A stretch of DNA of 64,000 nt from assembly GCA_020184695.1 (NCBI GenBank), contig JAANOX010000255.1, forward strand, positions 48,185 through 112,184. Reading direction: 5' to 3'. The notes beneath the pieces were generated by a model. The model was not told the origin of the DNA. It searched no databases and was given only the letters and a program-made list of their open reading frames with translations. The stretch is from Histomonas meleagridis 2922-C6/04-290x. Taxonomy: Eukaryota > Protista > Parabasalia. Positions 20,737-31,535 of the stretch are shown here, piece after piece. The position numbers and the translations under genes were made by a program. The first letter of the stretch is position 1. Each line of letters starts with the position of its first letter.

Positions 20737-21339
20737 ATGAAGAAAAAAGGGTATTCTCAGCAATATGAATCAGATTCATCAATGGATTATAGTGATCTAG
20801 ATGATGACTTTGACTTCGAGAAAAAATATTCTGAAATTAAAGCTGAAAGTCAAAATATTAAAGCTGAGATACAAAAAACTCAAAAGGAAATCGAAAAGGA
20901 AAAAGAAAGATTTGCAGAAGAGTATGAATCTCTTGAAATGGAACAAGCAAATATTACTGATATAAAGTTTGATGAAAATGATGAACTTGAAGAAAAACTT
21001 AAAACATTAAAAATTAAGTTACAAGAAATTGGAAATTGGGAAGAATCAAAAGAGGAAAACGACGCTAAACTTGAAGAACTTAAGAAAGTATCAGAAAATG
21101 TACGAAAACAACAAACATTTTTTTGTAATGAATTAAAATATCACATTCGATTACTTAAATCACTTGGAAACAAAAGCAATTTAGCAAGCAAAGAATTATT
21201 CCAAGGTAGTGCACGAACGCCGCGATTCACACCAGGAACACCTGAAGCAAAGATGGCCTCAAGTTTATTTGAGCTAAGACAAACAATTATACACAGATAT
21301 GCACAGTCTGTCATTCAACCTGACTGTCCAATCCAATAA
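20737..21339 (+). CDS. Coiled-coil protein with C-terminal CaaX-like motif
   Basis: 200 aa, E/K-rich heptads, ends ...PDCPIQ*. Confidence 0.75.
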   Translation: MKKKGYSQQYESDSSMDYSDLDDDFDFEKKYSEIKAESQNIKAEIQKTQKEIEKEKERFAEEYESLEMEQANITDIKFDENDELEEKLKTLKIKLQEIGNWEESKEENDAKLEELKKVSENVRKQQTFFCNELKYHIRLLKSLGNKSNLASKELFQGSARTPRFTPGTPEAKMASSLFELRQTIIHRYAQSVIQPDCPIQ

Positions 21340-21623
21340 TTTTTTTAATGTGTTTGAAATTTTGTAAATAAACAATTCATCGGATCGAATTTTCACAATT
21401 TCTCTTCTTTCTAATGCAATACATCATCGCTATATAAAATAGTTTTTGCTTCCAAATGATCATGTTTGAATACATTCTTAAAATACCATGGTGAATTTGG
21501 CGAAATCTTAATTATAGTGTACAAATTTATTGAAATTCATTCTCACATTAATAACCAAATAATTCAAAGTAATATTTTAATTTATTAATAGTAAATTATT
21601 TACTTAAATGACAAATAATTCAA

Positions 21624-24533
21624 CTAGAAAGTGTCCATTGAGCTAAAGCTAAAAGATATTTCATCATCGAATTGTTGTTCATCCTCAAACGACAACAGCC
21701 AATTCTTCAAATGCTTTAAGTTATGAATTTCCTTAATTACGCCATTTATATCCCTTACACTCACTTTATTATCATCGAATATTTCCACGTAATAATTACC
21801 GAATTTTGTTATCAAGTTCATCACAATAATTTTTCGTTCCAAGTTATCCACTTTAATGGAGCATCCTTCTTCAATAGTTCTATTCCAATCGATTAATGGC
21901 TGATTCATATTATTTAATTCGTTAAACATTGTAATTAACTCGATACCAATTTGACCCAACTTTAATAATGACAAAATGAATATATTATATAAATGTCGTT
22001 TTCTTCCGATTAAATTCATTTGGAAAATATTTCGAAATAATTTCGGAGTTTGATCTGAAACATTTATAAATATTCCATCGATATTCATATACACATCGAT
22101 AAATAAATTCGATATTTCATTTGGTGATATATAATTCATAATTTTAGGAAATGTATTTTTACCATTAATTTGTGTAATTGGTTTTGTTTTAAAACCTAAT
22201 TCTTTAAGTATCTTATGAAATGCAAAACATTTTTCGATTTGTTTCTTAATGTTTGATAATTCCGATTTATTAATTTGTAAGTTACAACGAAATTCCGAAT
22301 TCATCGAAAACTTTGGATAATTCGATAATGCGATTGCAGCCTTTTTTATGTTTATAAATGAGATTCGAAACATATGCGTATGTAATAATGATATTATAAA
22401 TGAATGTTTCTCTTTATATATTAAATTAATAGAAGCAAATACAATTGATTCAGTTAATTGTTCATTCGAAAATGGTTTAATGATTGTCCATTTAGTTGTG
22501 AAATCATTTGATTGAAATATCGAATAAAAATTACATAATGTTAAAAAACATGGATGAAATATATGTAATAAATGATCAGATATTATGAAATGAGTATTAT
22601 TAATTCGTTTTTGTTTAAAATGTTCGATTAAATTTTCTAAATTAAATGAAATCGAATTTAATGTATTAAATTTATATATAAATTCATTGTTTTTATTAAG
22701 GTAATTTAATGATTTAATATCATAGTTTAAAAATAAACAATTTTTAGGATGAAATTGACATTGGAAACTTAATGGATGATTAAAATTTACGTTTTTTATT
22801 ATGTTTAATGTTTTACCATATGTAAATATTTGATTAATTATTTGTAAATATGCGGAAATGTTTTGAATAATATATATTATCCATAAAGGAAATCGATTTA
22901 TAATTTGATTTCCAATTATTTTAATATCAAATTTTTGTTCATCTTCAAGAAAATTACTTTTAAATGTTAATGACCAAATATTATTATTTTTGATTTTTAA
23001 TTTAATTGTATCAAATTTCGGTATTCTTAAATATATCGAATTCTTTTCATATGAATATTGGATTCCACTTTTCTTAAATAAGTTCATTATAATTAACTTT
23101 AAAGCGATTTTTTTAATACATAAAATATTTTTTTCTATTATTTTATATTTTAATGTGTTTATAATTTTATGTGTTTCTTGATTATAAATTATAACTTTTG
23201 TTGAATCATATAAAAAAATTTGATAATTTTCAGCAAATGAATAACAATAAGAAATATTTCTAAATAAAAGAATTTGATTAAAGTTATAAATACAAGTTGA
23301 ATTTACTGCAAATATTTGATGAAATATGAAATAATTTATAAGTTCTCTAAAATATAAATTTAAATCAATTTTCGAAAGTTTTAATAAATATAAAATTTGT
23401 TCATCTTTAAATATTGATAATTTATAATCAACATATGTATTTCCAGTATAATAATTAACATTAATTTGAAACAATATAATATTTAAATAATATAATATAA
23501 ATCGATTATTATTACTTAAATATTTAATTTGATCATTTTTCTTTTTGTTTATTAATTTTATTAAATTATGAAACATTTTATTATAATGTTTCAAATTTAT
23601 CATATTTTTTATTTCAGTTAAAATAGTTTTAATTTGTTTAACATTTATAATTTCTTTTTGATAAATCGATTGTTCTATTATTGGAAAACATGAATTTATA
23701 AATATTCCACTTTTATTAATCGATACACGAAATAAAGTAAAAGGAAAATATGAATTTGGAAATTTTATATAAAGAGAACCTTGAAAATGATTAATTTCAT
23801 AATGAAAAACATTTTTATACTTTTGAAATTTTAATGAAAAACTTAAATATAATCCCCAATTAAAATACATTTCCAAAATGTCATCAAATAACATAAACAA
23901 TTCATCTGGCGACGTATTAATTTTTGTTATTAAATATTGTAAAAGTTTTTGATTATTTATTAATGGAATATTTTTTGGTAATTTTAATTTTATATTTTTT
24001 AATTTGATTTGATAATTATTTGAAAATGTAATTTTATATGAATATTTAGAAGAATAAACAAATATTTTATTTCCATTAAAGTTAATTTTCATTATATTTT
24101 TTGGTATTTCTTGTAATAATAATATCAAAAAATGATTTTTATAAAAATTAACTTTTGGATATATAAAATCAAGAAGTCGTAACTCATTAAATTGATTATT
24201 TTGCATACATTTTATTTTGTTTTTTATGTTTGTCGATATTAAACGTAATGTTTGTAATGTTTCATAAAAACGTGAATTAATCCCTTCTTGTGTTATATTT
24301 AAATTTGAGGACTTAATAAATCGTAAATGAAATCGATATAGAATTAAAAATTTGGTGATTCGAATTTGAACTTTAAGAAGTGTCGAAATAAGTTTTGGGC
24401 GTTTAGAAAATATTGTGGAATGTTGTTGTACTGCTAAAAATTCCTTTTCTGATACATGCAAAATTTGTCTTAAGATTTCATTGACATAGATCTCTTTTTG
24501 TCCATACCCATTTCGAAGAGTTTTTATTTGCAT
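21624..24533 (-). CDS. Large divergent protein, tentatively Mediator MED14-like
   Basis: An uninterrupted 969-codon ORF in extremely AT-rich DNA. The N-terminal segments (KRPKLISTLLKVQIRITKFLILYRF; FYETLQTL; EIPKNIMKINFNGNKIFV) recall the MED14 N-terminus by eye only. Confidence 0.6.
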   Translation of the reverse strand: MQIKTLRNGYGQKEIYVNEILRQILHVSEKEFLAVQQHSTIFSKRPKLISTLLKVQIRITKFLILYRFHLRFIKSSNLNITQEGINSRFYETLQTLRLISTNIKNKIKCMQNNQFNELRLLDFIYPKVNFYKNHFLILLLQEIPKNIMKINFNGNKIFVYSSKYSYKITFSNNYQIKLKNIKLKLPKNIPLINNQKLLQYLITKINTSPDELFMLFDDILEMYFNWGLYLSFSLKFQKYKNVFHYEINHFQGSLYIKFPNSYFPFTLFRVSINKSGIFINSCFPIIEQSIYQKEIINVKQIKTILTEIKNMINLKHYNKMFHNLIKLINKKKNDQIKYLSNNNRFILYYLNIILFQINVNYYTGNTYVDYKLSIFKDEQILYLLKLSKIDLNLYFRELINYFIFHQIFAVNSTCIYNFNQILLFRNISYCYSFAENYQIFLYDSTKVIIYNQETHKIINTLKYKIIEKNILCIKKIALKLIIMNLFKKSGIQYSYEKNSIYLRIPKFDTIKLKIKNNNIWSLTFKSNFLEDEQKFDIKIIGNQIINRFPLWIIYIIQNISAYLQIINQIFTYGKTLNIIKNVNFNHPLSFQCQFHPKNCLFLNYDIKSLNYLNKNNEFIYKFNTLNSISFNLENLIEHFKQKRINNTHFIISDHLLHIFHPCFLTLCNFYSIFQSNDFTTKWTIIKPFSNEQLTESIVFASINLIYKEKHSFIISLLHTHMFRISFINIKKAAIALSNYPKFSMNSEFRCNLQINKSELSNIKKQIEKCFAFHKILKELGFKTKPITQINGKNTFPKIMNYISPNEISNLFIDVYMNIDGIFINVSDQTPKLFRNIFQMNLIGRKRHLYNIFILSLLKLGQIGIELITMFNELNNMNQPLIDWNRTIEEGCSIKVDNLERKIIVMNLITKFGNYYVEIFDDNKVSVRDINGVIKEIHNLKHLKNWLLSFEDEQQFDDEISFSFSSMDTF

Positions 24534-24749
24534 GAAAATTTAACATTTTATGTCCAAATTTTGATAAAATTGAACTTTCAAAGGAAAAATAAAAATATGT
24601 CTTGACAAAGTCAGTCAAACAATTTTATGAATTTAGTCAAATATCAAAGTCACCTGCAAAAACAAAAAATATTAGCGAAATAAACGATAGAAAATTTCAA
24701 TAGTTAACATATCACAAAAAGTTCTATCGTTCAATAGCTGTAGTATTTT

Positions 24750-26003
24750 TCATTTTGGTTTAGCAATTTTTGCAGTAAATTTTTTGTTTTTTGTGATTTC
24801 ATTTACCAATTGTTCGTTCATATCATCTTCAATTGGAATTAAGTCATTGCATAATGTGATAATATATCTTTTCACAATTTGCATTTTTACATTATAAAAA
24901 TATGATGTGAAGCCTCTTCTTTGTTGTGTCTCATCAATTCCCTCATTAATTTCATTTAGACATTCCAAAATCAAAAAATATTTGTGTACAAATTGTGGAC
25001 ATCCATGACACATATCAATTGTTAACTTAAATGATGGCTCTGAACATGATATAATTGGTATTTCGTTATGGTTTTGTGGTGAAATTGTGTTTTCGACGGG
25101 AATTAATTCGTGTGATATCTTTTCAATCGTTTCTGGAATTTTTGCTGATTTACATGAAATAATAAATAGATGTTGTTGAAGATGATTAAGTATAGAGTTG
25201 AGTATACAAACTGATGTTGTCTCGTTTTTAATGTCTAAATCAATAAGATCAAAATGATCATAAATATATATTGTATTAAGATATCCAAAACATTGTGATA
25301 AAGTCATCGGAAATGAAACAATTTCATTCACAAAGTCTTCAATTTGTTGGCTTTTCATTGAATTAAGAAGTTTCTTTCCAATTGATTCAACTCCTGAAAC
25401 CGGAAAAAGAGGCATATTAATGATGGTCATTGGTAAACTTGTTACAGTTTGAGTGCTTGGGATGAGAAGAAACCAATTTAAAAGAGTCTGAGAAATGGGA
25501 AAGATTCGACCACATTGCCATGTAAGTTGGAAAATTGTTTGTTGTACAAAATATTCATATAACGAATTGACATCCGAAAGGCGTTGGGTACCAAGAGACC
25601 AATTGATTGGAAATATGAAATAATTTGATAAAAGATTATTTGATCCAAGAAATTGAATAGAACTTTTGGTAATTAAACCTAAATAAAGAGATTTTCCAGA
25701 GTGTTGAGGTCCATCTATAATAAATTTCCAAGCGTTTATCTTAGTTGAACTAATAATGTTATATGAAATTTGTTTTAAAGTTTCATATTGATGAATGCTC
25801 TGTGGTGATGATGTAAGCCCCATGGATTGAGCTATTATTGTTTCAATAATTTTTCCTGTTGAAAATGTATTGCAGAATTTTTCGATATCTTGTTGTGACT
25901 TGATACTTTTCTTTTGCTCAGGTGTTAATAAAGAGTTTAAGCAGTTAAGAGAACTGCAAAAAAAATCTGAAACGGAATGTGGTGAACTTCTTAATCTTTC
26001 CAT
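24750..26003 (-). CDS. Hypothetical P-loop NTPase-like protein
   Basis: Walker A-like FIIDGPQHSGKS; possible degenerate Walker B IYIYDHFD. Confidence 0.68.
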   Translation of the reverse strand: MERLRSSPHSVSDFFCSSLNCLNSLLTPEQKKSIKSQQDIEKFCNTFSTGKIIETIIAQSMGLTSSPQSIHQYETLKQISYNIISSTKINAWKFIIDGPQHSGKSLYLGLITKSSIQFLGSNNLLSNYFIFPINWSLGTQRLSDVNSLYEYFVQQTIFQLTWQCGRIFPISQTLLNWFLLIPSTQTVTSLPMTIINMPLFPVSGVESIGKKLLNSMKSQQIEDFVNEIVSFPMTLSQCFGYLNTIYIYDHFDLIDLDIKNETTSVCILNSILNHLQQHLFIISCKSAKIPETIEKISHELIPVENTISPQNHNEIPIISCSEPSFKLTIDMCHGCPQFVHKYFLILECLNEINEGIDETQQRRGFTSYFYNVKMQIVKRYIITLCNDLIPIEDDMNEQLVNEITKNKKFTAKIAKPK

Positions 26004-26104
26004 CCGTTGATTTCAGAACTCTGTTTGGATTACGAAAAAATTAAACGGCCGACATAATGAAATCTCAAATTAAAATAAATTTATTTTTACTTATTAAAAA
26101 ACAT

Positions 26105-29005
26105 TTATGTAGAACGAAATGCTGACAGCAATAATCTTGAAATTGCATATTCTATATTTTCTGTATTTGTTATTCCAAGTAGCCTTCTTAATGAGTTTTC
26201 TTGTGCCACACATAAATTTAACTTCTTGGATACTAACTTTACAAGTTCTTGATAATTTTCTTCTGTTAATTCTTTATTAGCATCGAAAAATTGTCTAAAG
26301 TTATCAGCGAAAAATGCAAAGATTCTTCTTTTATCTTGATCAAATTTTTCTTTTTGAGCTTCTGAAATTTCTCTATATTTTGATTCTATTGAGAATCGCA
26401 TTGTTTGTAGATTAATATTTCTTAATTGTAATTCTTTTTCAAAATTCTCTTTTTGTAACTTTAATTTTGTTTTATAATTTTTATTTTCTTTTTCACAGCT
26501 ATTTACAACATTTTCAAGTTCTTTAATTCTAATTTCTGATTGTTTTAAGTTATCATTATTTAATTGGATTATATTTTCTAAATTATTAATTTTTGTTTCT
26601 AATTTATTTACATTAATTAAATGTTGTTGTGCAATTTGATCTGATTCTTTAGAATCATTTAATTGATTAATTGTTGTTTCTAATTGATTTGAAATTTCTT
26701 TTATTTTATTTGTTTTACTTTTCTTTGATTTTTTAACTAAATATAATGTGTTTTGAAGTTTATTAATTTCTTTTTCTTTTTCATTTAAACGTTGTTCAAT
26801 TTCATTTGCTTTTTGTATTTGTAATTTAAGATCATTAGTGATTTGATTTTTTTGTGTTTCGATTTCTGTTTGAAATCGTGATATTTGTGTTTGATGATAT
26901 TTTTCTAAATTATCAATTTGAGTTTCATAATTATTAATATTCTTTTTAATATCTTTTTGTAATGAAGTAATTTGTGATTTTAATATTCCTTCATTACTTT
27001 TTAAGTCTTTGTTTGTTATTTCAAGATATTTATATTGTTCATAAAGTTTTTGATATTTTTCAAGAATTTTTTTATTTTTTTCTTGATATTTTCGTATTGT
27101 TTTTTCTTTTCTATGACAAATATTCTTTTGATTAGAAATTTCATTATTAAGAATTTGTTTTTCATTTTGAAGTTCTTGAATATGTTGATTTAAAACAGTA
27201 ATATTTTGTGCATTAAACTTTTTATATAGATTATTAAGAAAACTTTCTTTTTCTTTTAAGTCTTCGATCCATTTTTTAATTTCTTCGATTTTTTCATTAT
27301 ATATTAAATCAGAAGAAAAATTGTTTTTATCCATTAATATATTTAATGTATAAAATAATTTATTAGCAATTTCAAGTTTTTTGTTTTCACTTTGATTTAA
27401 ATCTTCAATTTGATTAATTTTCTCTTTTAAAATTTGTGAATAATATTTACAAATTGCCTCAATAATATTTTTAATTTTAATAGAAATTGGAGTTATTTCA
27501 TTATTATATATATTTGTAATTGTTTCAATTAGATTTTGTGGGAAATCGTAATAAAGAAAATAAGTTAATGATATTTCTTGTTCTATATTTGGCGTTTGAT
27601 TTTGTAACATTTGTAATTGTTTTTTATTATTATTTTTCTTTTGATGTTTTAATTCTTCTGAAAGAATTTGTATATTCTTTTCAACAGTAAATATTGCGTT
27701 ATTTGATACATGAAGCAAGTTAACTAAATTTGTTCTTTGGTTATAAAGTTTCTTTATTTCTTTCTTTTGCTTTTTAATTAACGAATTTAATATCGAATTT
27801 GCTTTTTTATAATTTTCGATTTCTTTAATTTGTTGATCATTAATATTTTGTTTTTGCTCATTTTCTTTCAGCAAATTATTAAGTTTAATATTAAACGTTT
27901 GACATTGTTCTTCAAGTTCATTTATTTTCATTTTTAATGATGTGTTTTCTTTAATGACATTTTCATTGCTTTTTATGATTGAAATATCGGAATTTTGTTG
28001 CATAATTAATTCTGATTTCTCATTATTAGCAACTTTAAGTTGTTTTGTTAAAGTTAAAACTTGTTTTTTAAGGAAACTAAGCTTTTCAGATTGATCTTTG
28101 ACTTCTGCTTCCTTAAGTTTAATTTGTGATTGGAGTCCAGAAATTTCATTTTGCAAATGCGAATTTTGGAGTTGAAGTTGAATACTTTCATTATTTGTAC
28201 TGACTTCTTGTTTTGGTGCATGCGAAAGTCGTTTAATTTCGAATTCATGTTCTTTTTGTATCTTTTCAATTTGGAAATCTTTATCTTGGATTTCATATTT
28301 GAGTTGTGTTATTTGTGTTTCCATGTTTTTAATTTGTTCATTGAGCTGATTCGTTTTGTTCTGACTTTCTTGTTTGAGTTTAGAAAATTTAGATGATAAC
28401 TTCCGAAGATCCTTTTTCTGTTTTTGAATTTTACGCTTATAACTTTCAACATTTGTTTCTTCAGCTTTACAATCCGTTTTTTGGATTTGAGGATTAAGTA
28501 TTTCGTTTTTTTCCATTAAAAGATAATCTTTCAATTCAGAAGTTGTTCTAAAAATTACACCATATTTCGATTGTGCTGCTTCAAGTACACTTGCAATTGA
28601 TGCCTTTAATTCTGATATATCAGTTTTTTGATTATCGATTAATTTTTTAGAATTTTCAACTACAAAATTCAGCTCATCAACCTTCTTTAAAATTGATTCT
28701 TGCTCTTTTCTTGATTGTTCTTGTAAATCATTATTAAATTTCTGCTGAATCTTATTTTGATTTTCTAGATTAGACATTAATTCTCCGTTACGTTGAATCA
28801 TAATTTTAAGTCTGTGATTTAAGTCATCTTTTTCATCTTTTAATTTATGGTTTTCTTGAGATAATATTGTATTCTCTTTTTGAATTTGTTCAACTTGCTG
28901 AACTAGTTTAATTGCTTCTTTGTACTGAAATTTTAGAGATTCGTTTTCCTTTCGTATACATTCAATACTCATTATGTTTTCTTTGTGGGAAAGATCTTCA
29001 TTCAT
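26105..29005 (-). CDS. Long coiled-coil protein
   Basis: 966-aa ORF dominated by K/E/Q/N heptad patterns. Confidence 0.82.
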   Translation of the reverse strand: MNEDLSHKENIMSIECIRKENESLKFQYKEAIKLVQQVEQIQKENTILSQENHKLKDEKDDLNHRLKIMIQRNGELMSNLENQNKIQQKFNNDLQEQSRKEQESILKKVDELNFVVENSKKLIDNQKTDISELKASIASVLEAAQSKYGVIFRTTSELKDYLLMEKNEILNPQIQKTDCKAEETNVESYKRKIQKQKKDLRKLSSKFSKLKQESQNKTNQLNEQIKNMETQITQLKYEIQDKDFQIEKIQKEHEFEIKRLSHAPKQEVSTNNESIQLQLQNSHLQNEISGLQSQIKLKEAEVKDQSEKLSFLKKQVLTLTKQLKVANNEKSELIMQQNSDISIIKSNENVIKENTSLKMKINELEEQCQTFNIKLNNLLKENEQKQNINDQQIKEIENYKKANSILNSLIKKQKKEIKKLYNQRTNLVNLLHVSNNAIFTVEKNIQILSEELKHQKKNNNKKQLQMLQNQTPNIEQEISLTYFLYYDFPQNLIETITNIYNNEITPISIKIKNIIEAICKYYSQILKEKINQIEDLNQSENKKLEIANKLFYTLNILMDKNNFSSDLIYNEKIEEIKKWIEDLKEKESFLNNLYKKFNAQNITVLNQHIQELQNEKQILNNEISNQKNICHRKEKTIRKYQEKNKKILEKYQKLYEQYKYLEITNKDLKSNEGILKSQITSLQKDIKKNINNYETQIDNLEKYHQTQISRFQTEIETQKNQITNDLKLQIQKANEIEQRLNEKEKEINKLQNTLYLVKKSKKSKTNKIKEISNQLETTINQLNDSKESDQIAQQHLINVNKLETKINNLENIIQLNNDNLKQSEIRIKELENVVNSCEKENKNYKTKLKLQKENFEKELQLRNINLQTMRFSIESKYREISEAQKEKFDQDKRRIFAFFADNFRQFFDANKELTEENYQELVKLVSKKLNLCVAQENSLRRLLGITNTENIEYAISRLLLSAFRST

Positions 29006-29176
29006 TCGATTTGGCGGTAAATAAACGTATTAAAGGGGCATCCCAAATATTATGAGAAAAAAGAAGAATTTATGAATTCATAAATTAAAAGAGATTTTAT
29101 CATGAAACTGGAATAATTCTTTCAAATATGAAAATATTTATAGAAATATTTAGTTACAAAAATTTATTATTGATCT

Positions 29177-31273
29177 TTATTCAATCAGTATTAACTTTGT
29201 CTTACTTGGATTTACTTGTAAAACACCTAAGCGTTCATATTCTTGTATTGTCTGTTCAAGCTGTTCCAAAGAGAACCCACTCTGTAAAATTGATGTTTTG
29301 ACATCATTCATTTTCAGCTCATTATTACCGTTTGCAAGCGCTACAATCTTTTCGTATATAGCACTTGTTATGTCTACTTTCTTATCAACTTCAAAGTCCA
29401 CCAATTCAACAGATTCTTTAGAAGATTTAACAAGTCTTAATGCCTCGTCAACATCTTCTTGGCAAACTTCATCTGATAATCTTATTCTTGCAAGAGCCAT
29501 AGATAAACGAATAATTGCAAGTAGAGCTCTTGTTGTTATTGGCTGATCAACTGTTTCTTGTCTCATATCAACATATGCTTTCGATATGTATCGTGATAAT
29601 TCTTCCGGAATTATTGGTTCAATTTGTTTAGCTTTTTCAATATATCTTCTAAAACTTCTTAAGCCAATTGATATTGATTTTGGTGCAACTCTGTTCTTAT
29701 GTACATATGCTATGTGATTAGCAAGTGCTGTATCACTATCAATTGTTGGTCTGTCTAAAAGTAAGAAAAGTAAATCAAATCTCGATAAAAGTGCCGATGG
29801 TAAATTAACGTTCTCCAATAAACTTTTCTTAACGTTATACCTTGAGAAAAGTGGGTTAGCGGCTGCCAAGATTGATGTTCTTGCATTGAGCGTTGTTGTA
29901 ATTCCGGCTTTGGCTATGCTAACAGTCTGTTGTTCCATTACTTCATAAATGGCTGTACGGTCACTATCTTCCATTTTATCAAATTCATCAATACAACAAA
30001 TACCCATATCAGAAAGAACAAGAGCACCTCCTTCAAGCGCCATTTCACCAGTAATTGGATCACGAAGTACAGCTGCAGTTAAACCAACACCAGATGAACC
30101 ACGTCCAGTTGTATATACAGAGCGTGGTGCTACACGAGTAACCCATTTAAGCAGTTGTGACTTAGCAACACCTGGGTCACCCATTAGACATATGTTAATA
30201 TCTCCTCTTATGCAAACACCATCATCAAATTTACGAGTAACACCACCAACAAGTTGTAAGAGGAGTGATTTCTTAACATCTTCAAGACCGTAAATTTCAG
30301 GTGCAACAGAAGCAGCAAGTTTTTCGTAAACACCTGTTTCTTTAGGATCGATCTCTTCATCATCACCTTCATCAATTTCATCGCATTTAGCAGCAACACG
30401 AATATTTTGTGCTTCGATGTAGGTTTCATTCACAAGGCTTTGCTTATACCCGCGCATGGGCATAGGAAGGAAAATCCCATCAAGTTCGATAACGTCTCCC
30501 GTCTGGCACTTTTGTGTTAGCTCATTTCTGGCGTAAACGGTCATCGTGCGAGGGATGTGCCCTGGTGGAACTTCGCTGGAAAGTTCTTGAAGTCTAATCA
30601 TTTGGAACTTAATGAACTTTGATCCGCGTGTTTGTAATGTGAGTTGGCCTGGATGAGGTGCTGATTTACATTGTTGTGATTGACAGATTGTACGTGGTAA
30701 AAATGAAGGACTTGTGACTACTTGAAAAGTTTCTTCTGAGCACTGTGAACATGTGTAAGATGCTACACTAATGAGTGGTTTAACTTGAGTTATTCTGGTT
30801 ACCATTCCTTTGAGACGAACAAGACAACCAATGCTATCCGCACGAATTTCTCGCATGGGTAAAACCTTTTGTTTTGTTGGAGGAATAAAACGAATTGTAT
30901 GATGACGTAAAAGTTCTTGTGGAATTCTGTTTTCACTTTCAGATTCTTTCATCGCTGCTATACGAGCTGCATTGATATAGTCCGTACTTGAACCAAAATC
31001 TGGAGCTGGTTCAGGAAGGATTGCATCAACCGCTTTGTAAAAAAGTCTTAAATATCGATCTGTATTATTTACAATGTTTGTACCGAGGTCATTGCTAAAA
31101 TTAAAAACATCATCTAATTCTATTTGTAAATCTGTTAATGTTTGATTTGGAATTTGATCAAGTCGTGCAATATATTTTAAATCACCATCTTCATCCTTGT
31201 AGCTAGATAAGAATTCCTTAATTTTTGCAAGCTCTGATGTGTAGTTGGGTTGGTGGAATCCCTTTTTCTGCAT
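29177..31273 (-). CDS. MCM7: DNA replication licensing factor MCM7
   Basis: GDINICLMGDPGVAKSQLL, YTTGRGSSGVGLTAAV, IDEFDKM, SRFD arginine finger and a C4 zinc finger. Confidence 0.96.
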   Translation of the reverse strand: MQKKGFHQPNYTSELAKIKEFLSSYKDEDGDLKYIARLDQIPNQTLTDLQIELDDVFNFSNDLGTNIVNNTDRYLRLFYKAVDAILPEPAPDFGSSTDYINAARIAAMKESESENRIPQELLRHHTIRFIPPTKQKVLPMREIRADSIGCLVRLKGMVTRITQVKPLISVASYTCSQCSEETFQVVTSPSFLPRTICQSQQCKSAPHPGQLTLQTRGSKFIKFQMIRLQELSSEVPPGHIPRTMTVYARNELTQKCQTGDVIELDGIFLPMPMRGYKQSLVNETYIEAQNIRVAAKCDEIDEGDDEEIDPKETGVYEKLAASVAPEIYGLEDVKKSLLLQLVGGVTRKFDDGVCIRGDINICLMGDPGVAKSQLLKWVTRVAPRSVYTTGRGSSGVGLTAAVLRDPITGEMALEGGALVLSDMGICCIDEFDKMEDSDRTAIYEVMEQQTVSIAKAGITTTLNARTSILAAANPLFSRYNVKKSLLENVNLPSALLSRFDLLFLLLDRPTIDSDTALANHIAYVHKNRVAPKSISIGLRSFRRYIEKAKQIEPIIPEELSRYISKAYVDMRQETVDQPITTRALLAIIRLSMALARIRLSDEVCQEDVDEALRLVKSSKESVELVDFEVDKKVDITSAIYEKIVALANGNNELKMNDVKTSILQSGFSLEQLEQTIQEYERLGVLQVNPSKTKLILIE

Positions 31274-31292
31274 TGGTGTTCGTTTATAATTT

Positions 31293-31305
31293 AAAGTGAC
31301 CGTTT
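31293..31305. promoter_or_regulatory. AAAGTGAC motif fused to an M3-like ACCGTT, upstream of MCM7
   Basis: aaagtgaccgttt lies 20-32 nt upstream of the MCM7 ATG. gtcactttt (the reverse complement) also occurs in intergenic DNA near 5170, 12005 and 35438. Confidence 0.42.
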
Positions 31306-31535
31306 ATAAGAAATCATAAAATAAGAACTCTTACTACAACAAAAATGTATTATAGCTAACAAATATGAATAACTCCATGCTTAGAATAAATACAAAATCT
31401 CTTGACACAAAATAACTTTTCAAAACTTTGTAATTATAAAAGAAAAAATATTTAAACATTGTTCTATAACAAAATAACAAAAATTTATTTACTAAAAAGA
31501 AGTTTTTGATTTAAAAACAAAGAACTACAATAATT

